A stretch of 64,000 bases of DNA, taken from NCBI GenBank assembly GCA_964016885.1, contig OZ024744.1, positions 120,776,001-120,840,000 on the forward strand. The letters run 5' to 3'. Each line of letters opens with the position of its first letter. Within the stretch, counting starts at the first letter, position 1. The notes beneath the pieces are model-generated. The model searched no databases and was not told the origin of the DNA. It saw nothing but the letters and a program-made list of their open reading frames with translations. The position numbers and the translations under genes were made by a program. The stretch comes from Eledone cirrhosa (lineage: Eukaryota). Shown here one piece after another: positions 55,481-64,000 of the stretch.

Positions 55481-56149
55481 TTCCTGAGATATTCTAACCA
55501 CATGTCATAGTATCAGAGCTGTGATCTCTCAATTCAGAGATTCTTTCCTGAGACATTCTAACCACATGTCATAGTATTAGAGCTGTGATCTCTCAATTCA
55601 GAGAATCTTTCCTGAGACATTCTTACCACATGTCATAGTATCAGAGCTGTGATCTCTCAATTTAGAGATTCTTTCCTGAGACATTCTAACCACATGTCAT
55701 AGTATCAGAGCTGTGATCTCTCAATTCAGAGATTCTTTCCTGAGACATCCTCACCACATGTCATAGTATCAGAGCTGTGATATCTCAATTCAGAGATTCT
55801 TTTCTGATATATTCTAACCACATGTCACAGTATCAGAGCTGTGATCTCTCAATTCAGAGATTCTTTCCTGAGAACTTCTAACCACATGTCTGTAGTATCA
55901 GAGCTGTGATCTCTCAATTCAGAGATTCTTTCCTGAGATATTCTAACCACATGTCATAGTATCAGAGCTGTGATCTCTCAATTCAGAGATTCTTTCCTGA
56001 GACATTCTAACCACATGTCATAGTATCAGAACTGTGATCTCTCAATTCAGAAATTCTTTGCTGAGACATTCAAACCACATGTCATAGTATCAGAGCTGTG
56101 ATCTCTCAATTCAGAGATTCTTTCCTGAGACATTCTAAACACGTCATAG

Positions 56150-59100
56150 TATCAGAGCTGTAATATCTCAATTCAGAGATTCTTTCATGAGACATTCTAA
56201 CCCCATGTCATAGTATCAGAGCTGTGATCTCTCAATTTAGATATTCTTTCCTGAGATATTCTAACCACATGTCATAGTATTAGAGCTGTGATCTCTCAAT
56301 TCAGAGATTCTTTCCTGAGACATTCTAACCACATGTCATAGTATCAGAGCTGTGATTTCTCAATTCAGAGATTCTTTCCTGAGACATTCTAACCACATCT
56401 CATAGTATCAGAACTGTGATCTCTCAATTTAGAAATTCTTTCCTGAGACATTCTAACCACATGTCATAGTATCAGAGCTGTGAACTCTCAATTCAGAGAC
56501 TCTTTTCTTATACATTCTAACCACATGTCATAGTATTAGAGCTGTGATCTCTCAATTCAGAGATTCTTTCCTGAGACATTCTAACCACGTTATAGTATCA
56601 GAGCTGTGATATCTCAATTCAGAGATTCTTTCATGAGACATTCTAACCACATGTCATAGTATCAGAGCTGTGATCTCTCAATTCAGAGATTCGTTCCTGA
56701 GAACTTCTAACCACATGTCTGTAGTATCAGAGCTGTGATCTCTCAATTCAGAGATTCTTTCCTGAGATATTCTAACCACATGTCATAGTATCAGAGCTGT
56801 GATCTCTCAATTCAGAGATTCTTTCCTGAGACATTCTAACCACATGTCATAGTATCAGAGCTGTGAACTCTCAATTCAGAGATTATTTCCTGATACATTC
56901 TAACCACATGTCATATTATCAGAGCTGTGATCTCTCAATTCAGAGATTCTTTCCTGAGACATTCTAACCACGTCATAGTATCAGAGCTGTGATATCTCAA
57001 TTCAGAGATTCTTTCATGAGACATTCTAACCACATGTCATAGTATCAGAGCTGTGATCTCTCAATTTAGATATTCTTTCCTGAGACATTCTAACCACATG
57101 TCATAGTATTAGAGCTGTGATCTCTCAATTCAGAGATTCTTTCCTGAGACATTCTAACCACGTCATAGTATCAGAGCTGTGATATCTCAATTCAGAGATT
57201 CTTTCATGAGACATTCTAACCACATGTCATAGTATCAGAACTGTGATCTCTCAATTCAGAGATTCTTTCCTGAGACATTCTAACCACATGTCATAGTATT
57301 AGATCTGTGATCTCTCAATTCAGAGATTCTTTCCTGAGATATTCTAACCACATGTCATAGTATCAGAGCTGTGATCTCTCAATTCAGAGATTCTTTCCTG
57401 AGACATTCTAACCACATGTCATAGTATCAGAACTGTGATCTCTCAATTCAGAAATTCTTTGCTGAGACATTCAAACAACATGTCATAGTAGCAGAGCTGT
57501 GAACTCTCAATTCAGAGATTCTTTCCTGATACATTCTAACCACATGTCATAGTATCAGAGCTGTGATCTCTCAATTCAGAGATTCTTTCCTGAGACATTC
57601 TAAACACGTCATAGTATCAGAGCTGTAATATCTCAATTCAGAGATTCTTTCATGAGACATTCTAACCACCATGTCATAGTATCAGAGCTGTGATCTCTCA
57701 ATTTAGATATTCTTTCCTGAGATATTCTAACCACATGTCATAGTATTAGAGCTGTGATCTCTCAATTCAGAGATTCTTTCCTGAGACATTCTAACCACAT
57801 GTCATAGTATCAGAGCTGTGATCTCTCAATTCAGAGATTCTTTCCCAAGACATTCTAACCACATCTCATAGTATCAGAACTGTGATCTCTCAATTTAGAA
57901 ATTCTTTCCTGAGACATTCTAACCACATGTCATAGTATCAGATCTGTGAACTCTCAATTCAGAGATTCTTTTCTTATACATTCTAACCACATGTCATAGT
58001 ATTAGAGCTGTGATCTCTCAATTCAGAGATTCTTTCCTGAGACATTCTAACCACGTTATAGTATCAGAGCTGTGATATCTCAATTCAGAGATTCTTTCAT
58101 GAGACATTCTAACCCCATGTCATAGTATCAGAGCTGTGATCTCTCAATTTAGATATTCTTTCCTGAGATATTCTAACCACATGTCATAGTATTAGAGCTG
58201 TGATCTCTCAATTCAGAGATTCTTTCCTGAGACATTCTAACCACATGTCATAGTATCAGAGCTGTGATTTCTCAATTCAGAGATTCTTTCCTGAGACATT
58301 CTAACCACATCTCATAGTATCAGAACTGTGATCTCTCAATTTAGAAATTCTTTCCTGAGACATTCTAACCACATGTCATAGTATCAGAGCTGTGAACTCT
58401 CAATTCAGAGATTCTTTTCTTATACATTCTAACCACATGTCATAGTATTAGAGCTGTGATCTCTCAATTCAGAGATTCTTTCCTGAGACATTCTAACCAC
58501 GTTATAGTATCAGAGCTGTGATATCTCAATTCAGAGATTCTTTCATGAGACATTCTAACCACATGTCATAGTATCAGAGCTGTGATCTCTCAATTCAGAG
58601 ATTCGTTCCTGAGAACTTCTAACCACATGTCTGTAGTATCAGAGCTGTGATCTCTCAATTCAGAGATTCTTTCCTGAGATATTCTAACCACATGTCATAG
58701 TATCAGAGCTGTGATCTCTCAATTCAGAGATTCTTTCCTGAGACATTCTAACCACATGTCATAGTATCAGAGCTGTGAACTCTCAATTCAGAGATTATTT
58801 CCTGATACATTCTAACCACATGTCATATTATCAGAGCTGTGATCTCTCAATTCAGAGATTCTTTCCTGAGACATTCTAACCACGTCATAGTATCAGAGCT
58901 GTGATATCTCAATTCAGAGATTCTTTCATGAGACATTCTAACCACATGTCATAGTATCAGAGCTGTGATCTCTCAATTTAGATATTCTTTCCTGAGACAT
59001 TCTAACCACATGTCATAGTATTAGAGCTGTGATCTCTCAATTCAGAGATTCTTTCCTGAGACATTCTAACCACGTCATAGTATCAGAGCTGTGATATCTC

Positions 59101-62100
59101 AATTCAGAGATTCTTTCATGAGACCTTCTAACCACATGTCATAGTATCAGAACTGTGATCTCTCAATTCAGAGATTCTTTCCTGAGACATTCTAACCACA
59201 TGTCATAGTATTAGATCTGTGATCTCTCAATTCAGAGATTCTTTCCTGAGATATTCTAACCACATGTCATAGTATCAGAGCTGTGATCTCTCAATTCAGA
59301 GATTCTTTCCTGAGACATTCTAACCACATGTCATAGTATCAGAACTGTGATCTCTCAATTCAGAAATTCTTTGCTGAGACATTCAAACCACATGTCATAG
59401 TAGCAGAGCTGTGAACTCTCAATTCAGAGATTCTTTCCTGATACATTCTAACCACATGTCATAGTATCAGAGCTGTGATCTCTCAATTCAGAGATTCTTT
59501 CCTGAGACATTCTAAACACGTCATAGTATCAGAGCTGTAATATCTCAATTCAGAGATTCTTTCATGAGACATTCTAACCACCATGTCATAGTATCAGAGC
59601 TGTGATCTCTCAATTTAGATATTCTTTCCTGAGATATTCTAACCACATGTCATAGTATTAGAGCTGTGATCTCTCAATTCAGAGATTCTTTCCTGAGACA
59701 TTCTAACCACATGTCATAGTATCAGAGCTGTGATCTCTCAATTCAGAGATTCTTTCCCAAGACATTCTAACCACATCTCATAGTATCAGAACTGTGATCT
59801 CTCAATTTAGAAATTCTTTCCTGAGACATTCTAACCACATGTCATAGTATCAGAGCTGTGAACTCTCAATTCAGAGATTCTTTTCTTATACATTCTAACC
59901 ACATGTCATAGTATTAGAGCTGTGATCTCTCAATTCAGAGATTCTTTCCTGAGACATTCTAACCACGTTATAGTATCAGAGCTGTGATATCTCAATTCAG
60001 AGATTCTTTCATGAGACATTCTAACCCCATGTCATAGTATCAGAGCTGTGATCTCTCAATTTAGATATTCTTTCCTGAGATATTCTAACCACATGTCATA
60101 GTATTAGAGCTGTGATCTCTCAATTCAGAGATTCTTTCCTGAGACATTCTAACCACATGTCATAGTATCAGAGCTGTGATTTCTCAATTCAGAGATTCTT
60201 TCCTGAGACATTCTAACCACATCTCATAGTATCAGAACTGTGATCTCTCAATTTAGAAATTCTTTCCTGAGACATTCTAACCACATGTCATAGTATCAGA
60301 GCTGTGAACTCTCAATTCAGAGATTCTTTTCTTATACATTCTAACCACATGTCATAGTATTAGAGCTGTGATCTCTCAATTCAGAGATTCTTTCCTGAGA
60401 CATTCTAACCACGTTATAGTATCAGAGCTGTGATATCTCAATTCAGAGATTCTTTCATGAGACATTCTAACCACATGTCATAGTATCAGAGCTGTGATCT
60501 CTCAATTCAGAGATTCGTTCCTGAGTACTTCTAACCACATGTCTGTAGTATCAGAGCTGTGATCTCTCAATTCAGAGATTCTTTCCTGAGATATTCTAAC
60601 CACATGTCATAGTATCAGAGCTGTGATCTCTCAATTCAGAGATTCTTTCCTGAGACATTCTAACCACATGTCATAGTATCAGAGCTGTGAACTCTCAATT
60701 CAGAGATTATTTCCTGATACATTCTTACCACATGTCATATTATCAGAGCTGTGATCTCTCAATTCAGAGATTCTTTCCTGAGACATTCTAACCACGTCAT
60801 AGTATCAGAGCTGTGATATCTCAATTCAGAGATTCTTTCATGAGACATTCTAACCACATGTCATAGTATCAGAGCTGTGATCTCTCAATTTAGATATTCT
60901 TTCCTGAGACATTCTAACCACATGTCATAGTATTAGAGCTGTGATCTCTCAATTCAGAGATTCTTTCCTGAGACATTCTAACCACGTCATAGTATCAGAG
61001 CTGTGATATCTCAATTCAGAGATTCTTTCATGAGACCTTCTAACCACATGTCATAGTATCAGAACTGTGATCTCTCAATTCAGAGATTCTTTCCTGAGAC
61101 ATTCTAACCACATGTCATAGTATTAGATCTGTGATCTCTCAATTCAGAGATTCTTTCCTGAGATATTCTAACCACATGTCATAGTATCAGAGCTGTGATC
61201 TCTCAATTCAGAGATTCTTTCCTGAGACATTCTAACCACATGTCATAGTATCAGAACTGTGATCTCTCAATTCAGAAATTCTTTGCTGAGACATTCAAAC
61301 CACATGTCATAGTAGCAGAGCTGTGAACTCTCAATTCAGAGATTCTTTCCTGATACATTCTAACCACATGTCATAGTATCAGAGCTGTGATCTCTCAATT
61401 CAGAGATTCTTTCCTGAGACATTCTAAACACGTCATAGTATCAGAGCTGTAATATCTCAATTCAGAGATTCTTTCATGAGACATTCTAACCACCATGTCA
61501 TAGTATCAGAGCTGTGATCTCTCAATTTAGATATTCTTTCCTGAGATATTCTAACCACATGTCATAGTATTAGAGCTGTGATCTCTCAATTCAGAGATTC
61601 TTTCCTGAGACATTCTAACCACATGTCATAGTATCAGAGCTGTGATCTCTCAATTCAGAGATTCTTTCCCAAGACATTCTAACCACATCTCATAGTATCA
61701 GAACTGTGATCTCTCAATTTAGAAATTCTTTCCTGAGACATTCTAACCACATGTCATAGTATCAGAGCTGTGAACTCTCAATTCAGAGATTCTTTTCTTA
61801 TACATTCTAACCACATGTCATAGTATTAGAGCTGTGATCTCTCAATTCAGAGATTCTTTCCTGAGACATTCTAACCACGTTATAGTATCAGAGCTGTGAT
61901 ATCTCAATTCAGAGATTCTTTCATGAGACATTCTAACCCCATGTCATAGTATCAGAGCTGTGATCTCTCAATTTAGATATTCTTTCCTGAGATATTCTAA
62001 CCACATGTCATAGTATTAGAGCTGTGATCTCTCAATTCAGAGATTCTTTCCTGAGACATTCTAACCACATGTCATAGTATCAGAGCTGTGATTTCTCAAT

Positions 62101-63840
62101 TCAGAGATTCTTTCCTGAGACATTCTAACCACATCTCATAGTATCAGAACTGTGATCTCTCAATTTAGAAATTCTTTCCTGAGACATTCTAACCACATGT
62201 CATAGTATCAGAGCTGTGAACTCTCAATTCAGAGATTCTTTTCTTATACATTCTAACCACATGTCATAGTATTAGAGCTGTGATCTCTCAATTCAGAGAT
62301 TCTTTCCTGAGACATTCTAACCACGTTATAGTATCAGAGCTGTGATATCTCAATTCAGAGATTCTTTCATGAGACATTCTAACCACATGTCATAGTATCA
62401 GAGCTGTGATCTCTCAATTCAGAGATTCGTTCCTGAGTACTTCTAACCACATGTCTGTAGTATCAGAGCTGTGATCTCTCAATTCAGAGATTCTTTCCTG
62501 AGATATTCTAACCACATGTCATAGTATCAGAGCTGTGATCTCTCAATTCAGAGATTCTTTCCTGAGACATTCTAACCACATGTCATAGTATCAGAGCTGT
62601 GAACTCTCAATTCAGAGATTATTTCCTGATACATTCTTACCACATGTCATATTATCAGAGCTGTGATCTCTCAATTCAGAGATTCTTTCCTGAGACATTC
62701 TAACCACGTCATAGTATCAGAGCTGTGATATCTCAATTCAGAGATTCTTTCATGAGACATTCTAACCACATGTCATAGTATCAGAGCTGTGATCTCTCAA
62801 TTTAGATATTCTTTCCTGAGACATTCTAACCACATGTCATAGTATTAGAGCTGTGATCTCTCAATTCAGAGATTCTTTCCTGAGACATTCTAACCACGTC
62901 ATAGTATCAGAGCTGTGATATCTCAATTCAGAGATTCTTTCATGAGACCTTCTAACCACATGTCATAGTATCAGAACTGTGATCTCTCAATTCAGAGATT
63001 CTTTCCTGAGACATTCTAACCACATGTCATAGTATTAGATCTGTGATCTCTCAATTCAGAGATTCTTTCCTGAGATATTCTAACCACATGTCATAGTATC
63101 AGAGCTGTGATCTCTCAATTCAGAGATTCTTTCCTGAGACATTCTAACCACATGTCATAGTATCAGAACTGTGATCTCTCAATTCAGAAATTCTTTGCTG
63201 AGACATTCAAACCACATGTCATAGTAGCAGAGCTGTGAACTCTCAATTCAGAGATTCTTTCCTGATACATTCTAACCACATGTCATAGTATCAGAGCTGT
63301 GATCTCTCAATTCAGAGATTCTTTCCTGAGACATTCTAAACACGTCATAGTATCAGAGCTGTAATATCTCAATTCAGAGATTCTTTCATGAGACATTCTA
63401 ACCACCATGTCATAGTATCAGAGCTGTGATCTCTCAATTTAGATATTCTTTCCTGAGATATTCTAACCACATGTCATAGTATTAGAGCTGTGATCTCTCA
63501 ATTCAGAGATTCTTTCCTGAGACATTCTAACCACATGTCATAGTATCAGAGCTGTGATCTCTCAATTCAGAGATTCTTTCCCAAGACATTCTAACCACAT
63601 CTCATAGTATCAGAACTGTGATCTCTCAATTTAGAAATTCTTTCCTGAGACATTCTAACCACATGTCATAGTATCAGAGCTGTGAACTCTCAATTCAGAG
63701 ATTCTTTTCTTATACATTCTAACCACATGTCATAGTATTAGAGCTGTGATCTCTCAATTCAGAGATTCTTTCCTGAGACATTCTAACCACGTTATAGTAT
63801 CAGAGCTATGATATCTCAATTCAGAGATTCTTTCATGAGA
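56150..63840. repeat. Higher-order repeat: 1912-bp unit (30 monomers), ~4 near-identical tandem copies
   Basis: The insertion variant ACCACCATG occurs at 57665, 59577, 61489 and 63401 (spacing exactly 1912); CCCCATG at 56201/58113. The length fits 30x64 minus five 2-bp deletions plus two 1-bp insertions. Confidence 0.95.
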
Positions 63841-64000
63841 CATTCTAACCACATGTCATAGTATCAGAGCTGTGATCTCTCAATTCAGAGATTCGTTCCT
63901 GAGAACTTCTAACCACATGTCTGTAGTATCAGAGCTGTGATCTCTCAATTCAGAGATTCTTTCCTGAGATATTCTAACCACATGTCATAGTATCAGAGCT

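Larger units (their letters stand above)
1..64000. repeat. Tandem satellite array, 64-bp monomer, ~1000 head-to-tail copies, running off both window edges
   Basis: ACCACATGTC starts at 1, 65 and 129 and recurs at ~64-bp spacing to the end. Most monomers differ from consensus by 0-5 substitutions. Recurrent length variants are 62 bp (ACCACGTC), 65 bp (ATGTCTGTAG, ACTCCATGTCCACAG), 63 bp and 68 bp. All copies I read are in the same orientation. Confidence 0.99.

Noticed and set aside
1-64000. CRISPR array (period ~64 bp with a palindromic part)
   Set aside because: There are no unique spacers: the entire 64 bp is conserved between units, and no cas genes or leader are present.
1-64000. Beta satellite (68-bp Sau3A family), suggested by one GATC per monomer
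   Set aside because: The unit is 64 bp and AT-rich, and does not resemble the more GC-rich beta consensus as I recall it.
1-64000. Tandem tRNA/ncRNA genes or a repetitive coding exon
   Set aside because: No cloverleaf or clear Pol III box pattern; 64 is not a multiple of 3 and the ORF track lists nothing longer than 60 aa.
1-64000. Embedded transposon, inversion or unique-sequence island
   Set aside because: I saw no non-satellite or reverse-orientation segment when reading through; a very short one could have been missed by eye.

Overview
The whole 64-kb window is one uninterrupted, head-to-tail satellite DNA array of about 1000 copies of a 64-bp monomer (consensus ACCACATGTCATAGTATCAGAGCTGTGATCTCTCAATTCAGAGATTCTTTCCTGAGACATTCTA; 25/64 = 39% GC, no CpG). 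I found no genes, RNA genes, transposon insertions, inversions or CRISPR spacers; the three 60-aa ORFs are chance read-throughs of the repeat. The information is in the pattern of variant monomers. It records nested tandem duplications of 7, 10, 11, 20, 30, 43, 46, 49, 54, 57 and 66 monomers, a young and very homogeneous 1912-bp (30-mer) higher-order repeat in the last ~8 kb, a rearranged 68-bp monomer that looks like a templated-insertion repair scar, and a monomer built largely from near-perfect palindromes. The 64-bp AT-rich unit is compatible with the human/ape acrocentric-arm satellite WaluSat, but I cannot confirm that from the sequence alone. Offsets were counted by eye from rare variants and block boundaries are approximate (about one monomer).
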